From Rhynchobatus australiae (taxonomy: Eukaryota), in assembly GCA_034780895.1 (NCBI GenBank), contig JAUZTB010000057.1, forward strand, positions 25,377,040 through 25,441,039: a DNA stretch of 64,000 nucleotides, read 5' to 3'. The position numbers were made by a program, and so were the translations under genes. Shown here piece by piece: positions 1 through 12,740 of the stretch (the first letter of the stretch is position 1; each line of letters begins with the position of its first letter). The notes under the pieces are model-generated. The model was not told the DNA's origin. It made no database searches and was given only the letters and a program-made list of their open reading frames with translations.

Positions 1-120
1 GAGGAAACCCACGCAGACACACAAGAACATACAAACTCCTTACAGACAGTGATGGGAATCGAACCCCGATCGCTGGCACTGTAATAGCGTCACGCTAACC
101 GCTGTGCTACTGTACCACCC
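1..120 (-). mobile_element. tRNA-derived V-SINE (HE1-like) 5' head
   Basis: Minus strand reads TAGCACAGCGG (A box) ... GGTTCGATTCC (B box) ... GTGGGTTTCCTC (V domain). Confidence 0.8.
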
Positions 121-164
121 CTAAAAGGGAGCCGGCTGGCTGGCCAGCGAGCAGCAACCCATCG

Positions 165-317
165 AGGCTGGGCCAAATGGCCTAATTCTGCTCCTATGTC
201 TTATGGTCTTATGTATTTTTGTCAGTTATAGTAATTTTATATCTTTGCACTGCACTGCTGCCACAAAGCAACAAATTTCATGTCATTTTAGTCAGTGAAA
301 ATAAATCTGATTCTGAT
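165..317 (+). mobile_element. Adjacent LINE 3' tails (CR1-type then Rex1-type)
   Basis: GGGCCAAATGGCCTAATTCTGCTCCTATGTCTTATGGTCTTATG, then ...CTGCTGCCACAAAGCAACAAATTTCATG...AATAAATCTGATTCTGA. Confidence 0.6.
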
Positions 318-1989
318 ATTTACAACCTGCATCACTCCGTAAATTATTTAGTGTTCTAAGTCTTCCCTCCCTCATCAGGAAATGCTGTCAGTTTAATGGT
401 TCAAAATTTAAACCGTGCGATTCACATCTCCACCGCTTGTGTTTTCATTGAAATTACATCACAAAGTAACATTGCTGCATTATAATTAATTTTAATCCAG
501 TTTTCTTATTTCTAAAAAAATAACTTCAACTGTACATACTGTGCTGGCCAGTGGAACAATGATTTATATCCCTTTGACAACTTGTTTACAACAATTTGAT
601 AAATATCAGGTCAGCCCACTTGTGGGATACAAGTCACACATCATTATTCTTTAAAATTTATTTCTAATCATCTTGGTATTCAATAGGTTTGCAGTACAGG
701 TTTACTATAGTAACAGAACAAGCAATGAATCCTATCGAGAAACATAATTTTTATTGGATCTCTCATTATATCAACTCAATCAATGGTGATATTCACTTGA
801 TATATTAGTGTGCCTAACCTACTGGGATATTATCATCAGCATTGCTACAAAACAAAATACAACTAAATATGAAAAGATTAAAATTTGAACTCCTTCAAGT
901 AGCAATGAATTTTATTTNNNNNNNNNNNNNNNNNNNNNNNNNNNNNNNNNNNNNNACACAATTAATAATAGCTATGAGCAAAATCCAAATGCAGGTGAAA
1001 GCCCTTCTCCACTCATTCAACTGAGTTTAGCATTATAAATCTATTTGGATTTTTTAATACTGTTTAAGGATACAAGACCCATCCAAAGGGCTCTGTTTGT
1101 TCTGCATTTCACACCTGGGCCAACTATATGCTAAACTATCACATTGTCTTTCACTGACTGTTTGCTGACTGTTCAAACCAGGATCAGTTCAATGCAATAG
1201 TGTTCAATAAACCATTCTAGAAAGAAAAGCCCTCAACATATAGATATCTTGCAAGGGAGGAGGTATCAACTATACTGTAATTATGAAGTCAAAGACCATA
1301 ACAATATTAGAAGGGTACTCTTGCTGGAGTGTACCCACTTTACTGCAGCTGATCTGGGTAAAATATAATTTGTCAGAGTAAATCTGTCTGAACACTGCTC
1401 AGTAAAATCACTCCTACTGGAATTTGGGAGGGGGTCTGGGGGTAATATTTTTATACTTTTATCAAACCTCCATCAAATTGGCTGAAGTCAAACTGTACTA
1501 GCTTACAGTACGTCTGGTATTTTCAAACCTGGTGTTCCAATCTCAAGGTTTTCTAATTATTCAAACATCTTTTCAAAAGTTCACTAAGTCTCAGATTAAA
1601 GTAAAAACATTAATATTCACAAAAATGTTTCTCATTATATATTTTCAAAACAAAACCAAATAGACAAAAGGCATTTCTCCACCATGTATTGATTCTAACT
1701 CAAGTACTGAAGGCAACAAAAACATTTCCACACTTAAATCAGTCAAGGGCAGCCCATCAGGACATCCACTAACAAAGGAATTACATTCAACTCCAGTCAC
1801 ACAACTCAATGTTATAAATGGATTTTTGCTTCTTTCCACTCCCACCAGCGGCAAAAATCAGCAGAGGTCGGTGAGATTGGTGAGATGTGACAAGTGGCAC
1901 TCTACACCAAATAGAGTAATTATATGGATGATGGAATGGTGAGCTCCAACATTGCACATGAAACCATGGGGGAGGCACAGCTAGTTGCG

Positions 1990-2310
1990 CGAATGGGGCA
2001 AGAAATTACAAAGGGACATAGACCGACTAATTAAGTGGGCAAATTGAACCCAGTCTCAGGAAGGTCAAGATCCCCCACTGAAACAGGACAGCTGAGTCAA
2101 AATGTTTTCCAATGGTGACAGATGAGGGCCTGTTGAAGAGCTCAGAGTTAGGATATCTATGTCATAAACCAACAGAAGTCAGTGCTTAGAAAGTAAACCA
2201 GAAAAGCTAATGGCCTTTATCTCAGAGCTTAGAACACAAAATATGTAGTGATGCTTCAATTATACAAAACCTGCAACAGTCCACATCTGAAGTCATGCAT
2301 TTTGGTGTGT
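1990..2310 (+). mobile_element. Decayed CR1-type LINE RT fragment
   Basis: LQRDIDRLIKWA-like translation, plus decayed ...CCACATCTGAAGTCATGC motif. Confidence 0.5.
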
Positions 2311-3319
2311 CCCATCTGGCATATTCCTTGATATAAAAGTTTGAGACAGTGAATTAATAATGTTGTTAAAATTACATGAAGAATTTGATGGGGAATACAT
2401 TGTCTAAAATCTGGGTTCAGGCCTAAGTTATAATTTTCATTTTCAATCCAGAACTACTAAAGTTGGAAACAGCCAACAGGAACATCTGTTTTTAGTTAAA
2501 AATGTAATTTAATATATTTTCTATTTGTAGCAACAATATGTTCGTATTCTGTGGCTAGTTTATTTTATGAACACAACTCAAATTGGTTAAATCCACTTTG
2601 GAATATGGTTCTGAGAATATTTTTCTTCAGTATCCCAGGTTGTCAATAGTCTTAATGACTCAACCATACTCAGCAAACAAGAAACCAACACATCTGCACA
2701 AATTGAGGAAATTAGACAATGTTCCAATTGGACAAGGTTGCACAAAGTTCTAACTGAAAGACTCATTGAGTGGGCAAATTGAGCCCAGCCTAGGGAAGAG
2801 CAAGATCCCTAACTGTATCAAGTTCACATTTATTTGTTTCTTAAGAATGGTTGTCATTGGCTTAACACATCAAGCCACTCTTTGGGTGAAAAGGTTATAG
2901 AGAAAAGTAACAAGGGAGATGTTTTCCCTTCCAATGTTACAGTGCTATCAAGGGTATCAAGCCCACACAAGCCTATGGGTCAGTCCATCAGCTATAGCAA
3001 CTCATGCACAAATCTAAACAGGTTGGTTTCTTGCCAGTCTTCCTTTGGTTCAATGAAATATTCAGTTTTCCTTCAAGATGTAGAAGCCTCTATCTCAACC
3101 ACTCACAGTCACAAACTATTCAAAGTCTCAACATTCATGGAAGAAAGAAAACTGCCCTCAGCCTTCTCTTCATTGATTATTTTAGATTGACAACATCTCA
3201 GCACCTACTAATCGATCAGAGATTTCCAAATATTCAGCCTGTTCTGCACTAGTGAAGCCAGCTCCATTACCTTAGTTTTTTCCTTATTACCATAATCGCT
3301 ATCGCTGCCGTTCTCATAA

Positions 3320-3663
3320 AACAGCACAGGAACAGGCCCTTTGGCTCACAATGTTGTGCTGAACTAATTAAGCTAATGAATGCCTTCTGCCTGCACACGG
3401 TTCATATCTTTCCATTCTCCACATCTTCATGTGCCTATTGAAGAGCCTCTTGAACACCTCTATCGTATTTGCCTCCACCACCACCCTTGGCAGTGCATTC
3501 TAGGCACCCACCCCTCTCAGTGGTTGTCCAACCTTTCCTTATAGCATCTGCCCTCTAATTCAGACAGCATCCTGGTGAACATCTTCTGCACACGCTCCAA
3601 GACCTCCTCATTCTTCCTATAATGGGGCGACCAGAATTGAAGGCAATACTCCAGATGCTGCCT
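3320..3663 (-). mobile_element. CR1/HER1 LINE 3' fragment
   Basis: RQHLEYCLQFWSPHYRKNEEVLERVQKMFTRML plus CR1 3' tail. Confidence 0.85.
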
Positions 3664-4329
3664 NNNNNNNNNNNNNNNNNNNNNNNNNNNNNNNNNNNNN
3701 NNNNNNNNNNNNNNNNNNNNNNNNNNNNNNNNNNNNNNNNNNNNNNNNNNNNNNNNNNNNNNNNNNNNNNNNNNNNNNNNNNNNNNNNNNNNNNNNNNNN
3801 NNNNNNNNNNNNNNNNNNNNNNNNNNNNNNNNNNNNNNNNNNNNNNNNNNNNNNNNNNNNNNNNNNNNNNNNNNNNNNNNNNNNNNNNNNNNNNNNNNNN
3901 NNNNNNNNNNNNNNNNNNNNNNNNNNNNNNNNNNNNNNNNNNNNNNNNNNNNNNNNNNNNNNNNNNNNNNNNNNNNNNNNNNNNNNNNNNNNNNNNNNNN
4001 NNNNNNNNNNNNNNNNNNNNNNNNNNNNNNNNNNNNNNNNNNNNNNNNNNNNNNNNNNNNNNNNNNNNNNNNNNNNNNNNNNNNNNNNNNNNNNNNNNNN
4101 NNNNNNNNNNNNNNNNNNNNNNNNNNNNNNNNNNNNNNNNNNNNNNNNNNNNATAGGTAGAAATTTGAAACAAAATTGCTATACTAACTTATTCTAATAC
4201 ATATGCTAACATATCATTTCATTGTTGTTTTATAATTAAGAATGTGCAATGAATGATAATTTATTTATTTATCATACAAATGATTGAGGCAATGCAAGAA
4301 AACAGAAGTCATTATCTTAGGGAAGAAGC

Positions 4330-4797
4330 TAATTCTTCACAGTGTAGGAAGAGAAGTGGGCAAAGTCTCTCTTCAGAGGGTGGTGGGTATATGGAAAGAG
4401 CTGCCAAAGATAGTAACACACGGGATGCTGGAGGGGTCTGGCAGGTCGGGCGGCGTGTGTGGTGGGAAATGGACAGTCATCTACAGTCCAGATGAAGGGT
4501 GTCGACCCGAAACGTTGGCTGTCCATTTCCCTCCGCGAGCGCTGCCTGGCCCACTGAGTTCCTCCAGCATCTTGTGTGTCACTCCAGATTCCAGCATCTG
4601 CAGTCTCTTGTGTCTGCCAAAGAAGGTAGTTGAGGCAGGTACAATAACAACATTTAGAAGACATTTGGATAAATACATGGAGAGGATATGTTTGGAGGGA
4701 GATGGGCCAAACACAGGCAAATGGGACTAGCTTAGGTCAGCATGGATGAGTTGGGCCAAAGGGCCTGTTTCTGTGCTGCGTTACTCTATGACTCCAT
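4330..4797 (+). mobile_element. CR1 LINE 3' end interrupted by a Penelope-derived element
   Basis: QRVVGIWKELP...KVVEAGTITTFRRHLDKYM plus tail GGGCCAAAGGGCCTGTTTCTGTGCTG...ACTCTATGACTC. Confidence 0.85.
4411..4613 (+). mobile_element. Fold-back Penelope-derived element with hammerhead-like core
   Basis: Inverted arms GATGCTGGAGG / CCTCCAGCATC; 10-bp TSD CTGCCAAAGA at 4401-4410 and 4614-4623. Confidence 0.75.
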
Positions 4798-4899
4798 AAA
4801 AATTCAAAAAGCTGCAAAGATGCAGCAAGTCAGGCAGCATCTGTAGAGAGAGAATGGAGTTTCAAATCAATTACTTTTCATTAGAAAAAAATTGGTTAT

Positions 4900-5155
4900 C
4901 CCTCATCACTACTTCAATATTACAACACTATGACCACGTTGATCACTTTGTACTACAATGGACTTTGCTTTTTTTTTGTTCTAATTGTTTCTTGTCAAAA
5001 TTGTGTATAATTTAGTTTTAATTTATGTTTTCCTGGTGAATACTGCTTATCGGATATTATGTGCCTGTGATGCTGCCGCAAGTAAGTTTTTCATTACACC
5101 TGTGCTTACGCGTAATTGTGCATATGACAATGAACTTGACATTGACTCTGACTTA
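4900..5155 (+). mobile_element. Rex1-type LINE 3' tail
   Basis: Similar to the tail at 46950-47175 (GATGCTGC.GCAAG.AAGTTTTTCAT...GTGCATATGACAAT). Confidence 0.65.
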
Positions 5156-6074
5156 TTATCACTTTGACTTATTATCTAACAGAACTGCCATATATAGAAC
5201 TTTATACTCCCTCATTCCCAACCAGCTACTGTACTCTACTTCTTTTGCCCTGCTGAAATAAAGCATAAAAACTTTTGCGATGATATGTTGTTGCAAGCAC
5301 ACATCATTTATTCACATTGATCAATGAGCAAATGAAAGATCTTGCGCAGATAAATCAAAATGCAGCAAATCTCTGCTGATGTGCCTGCACAGCATCGGCT
5401 GCATATGTCTGTAAGGATATGAGTATTGCTGAACCTCAGTAGATTTAACTACAATCCTTCCAGACAGCTCCTCTTCCCCCTACCCCAATGCTGTCTTTGC
5501 AATGCCTAAACTCATTGAGTCTGTGCAGCACAATGATCAATCCGAACAAATCTGAAACAAATGTTATTTTTGTCATGATGGTTGTGTACTTTAAATATTC
5601 TCTGCTTCCTGAATGTTTGCTCTGAATAGAAAAAAAGATCTGCCCATTTCTCCCTGTCTTGCCAAAACTGTTCAGTGCCCAGTTTCAACTGTGAATCATC
5701 ACATCACAGGCGAGATGTGTGCACAGTCTCTTGTGTATGTTTAGTAGAAGTGCAGTTCTGTTAGCAATTAGAATTGCACACATTTATATTCAGAAGAGTT
5801 TGCAATAAGTCTTGCCAGTGCCAAATCGTTTGCTTTACCCGTTTTGTACCATTCTCTGGAGAAACATTTTATTCCAGAGCACTTGCAGATCTCTCAGCAC
5901 ATACTCATCACTCCCATTTGTCCCAAAAACACAAATGGGAGAACATAATCCTACTTCTCCAAAAGGAAAAGCCTACAACCTTCTTCACACCACCAAATCT
6001 CACAATAATAAATGACCTTTATTACATTCACTAGAATAGTCCATGAAACTGACATCACTCAATATCAGTGCTTG

Positions 6075-6462
6075 ATGGTTGGCGCAGAGGATGTGGAGCG
6101 TTGGCAGAGAGTTATAGATAGGTTAAGTGAGTGGACAAGGATCTGGCAGATGGAGTACAATGTTGGTGAATGTGAGGTCATCCACTTTAGAAGGAAAAAT
6201 AGGAGATCAGATTACTATTTAAATAGTGAAAGACTGCAGCATGCAGTTGTGCAGAGGGACATGGGAGTGCTTGTGCATGAATCCCAAAAGGTTGGTTTGT
6301 AGGTGCAACAGGTTATCAAGAAGGTAAATGGAATGTTGGCCTTCATTGCTGGAGGGATTTAATTTAAGAGCAGGGAGGTTATGCTGCAACTGTACACGGT
6401 ACTGGTGAGGCTGCACCTGGAGTTCTGGTCTCCTTACTTGAGGAAACATATACTGGCTTTGG
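6075..6462 (+). mobile_element. CR1 LINE RT C-terminal fragment
   Basis: DRLSEWTRIWQMEYNVGECEVIHF...QRDMGVLVHES. Confidence 0.88.
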
Positions 6463-6799
6463 ACTCAAATGCTAAACTAAGTCCTAGTCACCTTCCTGGT
6501 ACTCTCCTGGAGTGCTCCCTCAACTACCAGTGCATAAAATGGATGACCTGGTGATTCACCTCTGGTATGCCTGCAACCCTCATTTACAAAAAGTCAGAGC
6601 CAAGTTGGCTTTACTGAAAACCAAAAACGCTGGGAAAACTCAGCGGGTCAGGCTTCATCTGTAGAGAAAGTGAGGTGAACTTGATGGCTCAGGTCATTGG
6701 AAATGGAAAATGTTACAGATGCAACCAGTTTTAAACAAACACAGACTGAGAAAGCAAGAACAAAAGAAAAGTCTGTGAAAGGTCAGAAAGAGCAAATAA

Positions 6800-7462
6800 T
6801 GGATGCACCCCCGGGTTCTGAAGGAGGTGGCTTTAGAGATTGCAGAGGCATTGGTGATAATTTTCCAGGAGTCAGCAGACTTCGGCATGGTTCCGGAGGA
6901 CTGGAGGGTCGCAAATGTAGTTCTGCTGTATAAGAAAGGCAGCATAAAGGAAATTATAGACCTATTAGTCTGACATCGGTGGAAGGAAAGTTATTGGAAT
7001 CGATCCTCAAGGATGAGGTTATGGAATAGCCAGAGGTGCAAGGCAAGATAGGTCCAAGCCAGCATGGTTTCCTGAAGGGAAGATCCTGCCTGACCAAACT
7101 ACTGGAGTTTTTTGAGGAAATCTCAGGTAGNNNNNNNNNNNNNNNNNNNNNNNNNNNNNNNNNNNNNNNNNNNNNNNNNNNNNNNNNNNNNNNNNNNNNN
7201 NNNNNNNNNNNNNNNNNNNNNNNNNNNNNNTAGCCAGAGGGTAGTGAAATTATGGAATTCTTTGCCACATACAGCTGTGGAGGCTCAATCATTGGGGGCG
7301 TTTAAGGGGGAGATAGATAGGTATCTAATAAGTCATGGTATCAAGGGATATGGGAATAAGGCCAGAATTTGGGGCTAGATAGGAATAGTTTTTAGTTTAG
7401 CTCATGGAGCAGGCTCGATGGGCAGAATGGACCACTTCTGCTCCTTTGTCTTGTGATCTTGT
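6800..7462 (+). mobile_element. CR1 LINE fragments (RT N-terminal part and 3' end, gap between)
   Basis: NYRPISLTSV.GKLLE, SQHGFLKGRSCLTKLLEFFE, QRVVKLWNSLP. Confidence 0.88.
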
Positions 7463-9424
7463 GAATAATGTTACAAGGCAAAAGTGGAAAGTTCCTGATC
7501 AAGTAGAGAAAGAAAACAGTTTGGTCAAGTTATAAAGATGACAGTGGAACCTGCAGCCATTGTCCAAGAAATGGGAGCACCAGTTAAGATGAGGAATTAT
7601 TGAACTAAAGATTGTTAGGAGCTTTATTAGAGAAATGTAGGAGGCCATGGTAAAGTAGCTCAGACTGGGAGTGAAATAGGGAATTAAACCAGCAAGCAAC
7701 GTGATAGTCAGGGGCATACTTCTGGGCTGAATGGAAGTGTATACCAATCTGCACTGGTTCAACAGTGGAGGAGACTGCAGTGAGCATTGCAAACAACACA
7801 CTAAATTGAAAGAAGAACAAAAAAAATCCTGTTTCACTGCAATGCCACATTTGCTCATTGCATTTATTGATTTATTGTACATGAAGTGCTTAGAAATGTT
7901 TTCCTCAGCCTTTCAGTTACAGAGAAGTCACTTTGCCAATAAAGGAAGTTTTATATCGAGAACCTGTCTTCAGCTGCAGGTTGGTGACATCCCAGCCAGA
8001 ATACTTTAAAGGCCACAACAGTTTAGATCCAACTTCTACTGGGTGTCAGGAGGAAAGTGCTCAAAAAATGTAACAGTGCTATAAGGTGTGCAAAGCACTG
8101 GAAATTGTCCATGAAGAGTGTCAGCCCAGCATCTCAGTTAATTGGCTCCACAGAAGAAAGCACCTCAACCAGCAATGAAAAGTTAGAACCAAGCTGCCAG
8201 AGCCCCCTTCTGTTACAGTGAAAACCAAAAGTGGTGAGGTTGGGGTATTGAGTGTGCAGCAACTGATTTGCAAATAAAGTACACGACTGCAGGACACACG
8301 AGGGAACCTTACCCCGATATGTAACAGGAAAACTAGAGCTGTCAAAGCTACGTACTCCACCATTATTAGCTTCAATGTCTTTAACCTGATTAGCGTAAGA
8401 GAATCTGGAATTCACCCACTAACCAGAATGGATGTACTCCCACAGGAACTTTTATTTCCATCAGATTGCTCATAATTTATACTTGGAACACATACAGATG
8501 TCTACAGTATCTGAAGCACTCATTATCAACATTTGAGGGCTTACTAATACCTTTGTAGAACATCAACATATTTGCACGACTTCCTCTTGGATAGAATCCA
8601 AGCACCTTTGACAATTTTAGTTATACCACAAATTCAGTTTAAAACATGCAAATGTTTTCTCATTGAAGGAATTACGTAGGGAACATTGGATCATCATAAA
8701 CTTTAGCACAAACTTCAAAAAAAAGACAGTGACCTCGGGGAGCCCTTTCAATTGTTTGCTGAATGAAACAAGTCCAAGCAATGGCAAGATTCCCAGATTT
8801 ATTACCTTTAAGATGGACAAGCATACACAAACCAGTCAATAACAGAACAACAATCAGCAAATAAATAACAGAAGTAGGACAAGGCCTGAACCCACCTCCA
8901 CTTTGTCATCCAATTCCCAGATCCTCTTATTCCCTTCATGTATAACAATTTATGAAACGTAACCTTGAATATATTCAGCATCCGAGCATCCCAACCCTTT
9001 GAGGGAGAGGATTCCAAGGGAATATAGCCCTCTGCCTCAAGAAGTTTCCAGAAAGTAGGTTCAGTGCAAAGTTAGGAATAGTTAGGGAAGTGTGAAAAGA
9101 AGAGAATCGTTTCCTCATAGGGATAATGAATTTCCATACAAATCAGTGTAATATTAGTCATATCAAGCGGCCAGGTTTAGCCAATGTTTCAGTTGTAAAA
9201 GTGAAGCTAGGCTTCAGTTTGTTTTCTAAATGATCAAGCCTCCTGATTTGCATCCAGCATTGCAAACATCAAATACAGCCAGTCCTGCAGCTCAGCTAAG
9301 GTATGAGACAAAACTTACCTTTGTTCACCAGCACTAAAAGGGTGCCTGAGTATCAGTTGAATGGACCTCCACATGTCTGATTTCAAGGAATCAAATGGAT
9401 GGAAGCCAGTTCAACAAGACAGAA

Positions 9425-9782
9425 ATGGACAGTCCGTAGGGGAATGCTGCCGACTGGCACATTCCAGGCTGCAGGAGTACGTGCTGAGGGACGCCCTGAA
9501 GCTGGTGCAGCCAACGCAAGGGATCAGTGGGGAAGAACAACAGTCAAGGGTTCTTCTGCCACAGGAGAGGGAGGGGTGGGTCAGGCAAGGAAGCCCCTCA
9601 AACATTGTAAATATGGGATTGGGGTATCACCCCAGGGTGCCACACGAATGGCATTGGTGCTGTGGTTTTTATAAAAAGTAACACCAAGAATTGATCTGTA
9701 CACGAATGTAAAGGTTTGCACAGTTTCATTATTGTATATAGTTTCTTTTATTATGAATAAAGTTTATTATGTTTAAAAAAAA
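9425..9782 (+). mobile_element. L1/Tx1-like LINE 3' end
   Basis: ECCRLAHSRLQEYVLRDALKL ORF2 C-terminus-like peptide; AATAAA at 9756 and A-tail at 9775-9782. Confidence 0.65.
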
Positions 9783-10050
9783 GGACAACCAAAAGAAGGC
9801 CAAAAGAAGTTCAAACAAGTCAATCCATGCAAAATGCCAATTTTGGGAAGACTTCAGATCTTTCAAACTGTTGAAAAGCAACTGATAAATGTTAAAGATT
9901 CCGATTTACACATTAGGGCATCTTATTTCAGAAGTGAGTTCAAAACATCATCAACCATGCCAGCAACATCAATGACATCCAGCTTCAGGGTAGATTATTT
10001 CACTACCTAAGATAATAGAGCGCCAGAAATGCATTTGGCTTTCCTAACCA

Positions 10051-10605
10051 CAGTTAAACTCTGTTAATCCGGCACATTCAGGTCTTTGGGGGCCAGATTT
10101 TCTGGACTACTTAATGTTATCCCAATTAATACTCCAATACACTTTTAGGTCACTTATTTTGTAGCGGTAACACTATCATAATAAAATTTTCGTAAACCCA
10201 CTCAGTTTTAAGAGAACACAGGAAATATGGCACTAGTGTGTTTAAGGTAGTATGGAGGAACAGGGCACTGATAGGCTGAAGGAAGCTCAAGGAACGGGTT
10301 ATCGATGTGTTAAAGTGAGTGCAAGAAACAGGGCACTGGTGTGCTAAATAGAACACAAGAATGGGGCACCTGTGTGTTCAGGGGAACACGGAAACCAGGG
10401 CATCAGTGTGTTAAAGAGAACTCGAGAAACGGGATACTGGTGTGTTAAAGAGAACACAAGAAATGGGGTATCGGTGTTTTAAAGGGAGCATGGGAACCTG
10501 GGCACAGGTGTTTCAATGGGAACATGGGATCAACATCCGGTGAGCACAATGCTGAACAATTCCGATTTCCAACAATCGGATAGCAGGTTATTGGAATTTT
10601 CACTG
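10051..10605. mobile_element. Tigger/pogo-like non-autonomous DNA transposon (MITE)
   Basis: Imperfect terminal inverted repeats CAGTTAAACTCTGTTAATCCGG ... GCAGGTTATTGGAATTTTCACTG followed by TA. Confidence 0.6.
10210..10530. repeat. Minisatellite, ~33-35-bp unit, about 9 diverged copies
   Basis: Recurrent GGGCACTGGTGTGTTAAAGAGAACACAAGAAAT-like unit. Confidence 0.85.
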
Positions 10606-11079
10606 TACACCATACCCATTCATCGGTAGTACAAGATAGATAAAGGTACAGTAGCCAGCAGCCATTTAGAGTTCCAAAATGACCAAATAAGAGGTCATAA
10701 TGAGCAGTTTAGGGCCCTTCCTGGAGCTTGGTGTGTAATTGCTTCACAGATCACCACAATGAACCAGGCAGAGTTAACTATGAGGGGGCGGGGAGAATTG
10801 GCATTTGATATTTACTTTTTTTTAAGTTAAAATAACTACATTTATGGACAAATAGATTTTGGAATTGTCTCTCCAAATAAGCTTTCTTTTTTGGTTGGGG
10901 CAGTGCAACTTTAAATTTCACATGACTGTATATTCACAGTAGGGTCAAAGAGCCCATAGGTTAAATAAAACGGAACAGAGATCTAGGCTTGGCATCCTCT
11001 TCTGCACTTTTCCCACAATGCACCAGCACAAAGATTCTTTTCCTCACCCCTTTGAATTAAACAAGACTTAGAAGATTTA

Positions 11080-11850
11080 GCCAAAACCACGGCCCAGGAC
11101 TTGTGGTCTTCATAAAGCGATGACATTGGCCATTAATCTTAAAGAAAGCGGCCTACAAAGACACCACCCTCAAATAATGAAAATTCATGATGAGGCCTTG
11201 GAAAATGTCAACGATATCTCAGAAACTAGTTCTGAATCTAGGCAATCATCAGTAATGACATTCACCATCACCTTCAATGTGCCAGCAGAACACTTGGTTG
11301 ATTGTGCAAAATGGTACAAAACTCATGATCTACCAAGCAGCTGTGATCCCTGCCTCCATGTTTACTTCTGAAACTTGGACTGCTTATAGCAGATACCAAG
11401 CACTGGAGAGATATCACCAATATTGTCTCTGAAAAGTCCCCCAGATCCATTGGCAAGATATACAGGCCAACGCCAACTTCCTCTCCCATGCCAGGATCCC
11501 GACTATTAAGGCCTAATTGCACTTAGTTATCTCTGCTGGGCAGACCACATTCTTCACGTGCCCAACAATAAACGGCCAAACCAGGCATCTATTCCAAATT
11601 CTGTTACATGAAAACATTACTGGGTGGAGAGAGGAAAAGATTTAAAGTTATTCTCAAAGCCTCCTTGAAGAGTGGGGAAGAAGCATCTCGGATGGCACTG
11701 AGTCAGGGCCCAGAAACGCCCAGAGTAAATTTTGGCTGGAATACACCACCTCCAAAACTACCCTCCTGTCTGCCCCACCAAGCAAAATCTGTGCATCCCA
11801 GATTGGCCTCATCACCCACCTCAGAGCCCACAAGTCATCCATAATCCCAA
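11080..11850 (+). mobile_element. Decayed RTE-clade LINE 3' part
   Basis: LENV..., K.MIYQA.VIP.L, SETWT, L.WA.H motifs and terminal ATTGGCCTCATCA..CACCTCAGA motif. Confidence 0.6.
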
Positions 11851-12639
11851 GGGAAACAGAACGGCCAAATCAACTTTAGAAGGTAGCTAGGAATTTCAAA
11901 TTTTAACAAATGTCTTTCCAACTTTAAGCTTCATTTCAGATTTTTCAATTCACACCGGAACGTTCGTCCATTCCACCACCATTATGATTGTCCAATCATT
12001 TCAGTATTGTGCATCTGGTGTGAGGCAATTCATCCACTTGAATTGGTTTTAATGAGTTAAATGATATCAATTTTACATTCACTAGATTAACAGGTTAAAC
12101 TGACCCATAATGTCAATGCTGATAAAATAGGTTAGCGCTCAGAGCTAGAGCATTGAACCCCTAGCGCCATTTCTGTCAAGCAAGGTGGCTCCAATTTTTA
12201 TTATTAAATTTGGAATTCCTGCCTTTCTCCAAATTCCTCAATAAACATATTTTCTGTCTATCCAGCTCCCTTTTAACCACTTGCTGTTATTCTGCATCTC
12301 AAGTGGTACTGCATTATCTTTATGGGATTCTTCAGCAATTCCAAGATCAAATCTCGTGCTTGCTATGACTACTTCTCACTGCTCTTATCACTCCTACTTT
12401 GTTACTATCACAACCATTTCACTCTTAAGATACCTACTGGGTGTAAAAATGACATAGATTTAGAAATGGAAAGTATGGAATTAGAACTGACTACCAAAAG
12501 CCAGAGGGAAGATCAGATGTAAAAAAATGAAGACAGTGAGCTGCAACAGCCCAAAATGAGGTGGTAAAAAAAACACCAAAGACTTGGCAAGTAAAAGCAA
12601 TTGAAGGGAAAAGGAAGGCAAACCAAAAGCAAAGTAGTG

Positions 12640-12704
12640 CAGTTGCTGGAAATCTGTAATAAAAACAAAAAATGCTGCAAATACTCAGCAAGTTATTATC
12701 TGTG

Positions 12705-12738
<34 letters not shown>

Positions 12739-12740
12739 GT
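12640..12740. repeat. Penelope-derived arm ending in a (GA)/(GACA) microsatellite
   Basis: GCTGGAAATCTG.AATAAAAACA.AAAATGCTG...ACTCAGCA followed by GAGAGA/GACA run. Confidence 0.55.

Noticed and set aside
40-120. tRNA-like sequence with A and B boxes
   Set aside because: It is a SINE head running into a V domain, not a tRNA gene
3517-4197. Long ORFs made mostly of X (also at 14262-15013, 26858-27690, 60840-61210)
   Set aside because: Open only because N runs contain no stop codons
10210-10530. Regularly spaced ~33-bp repeats resembling a CRISPR array
   Set aside because: Head-to-tail diverged units with no unique spacers, no cas genes, vertebrate context
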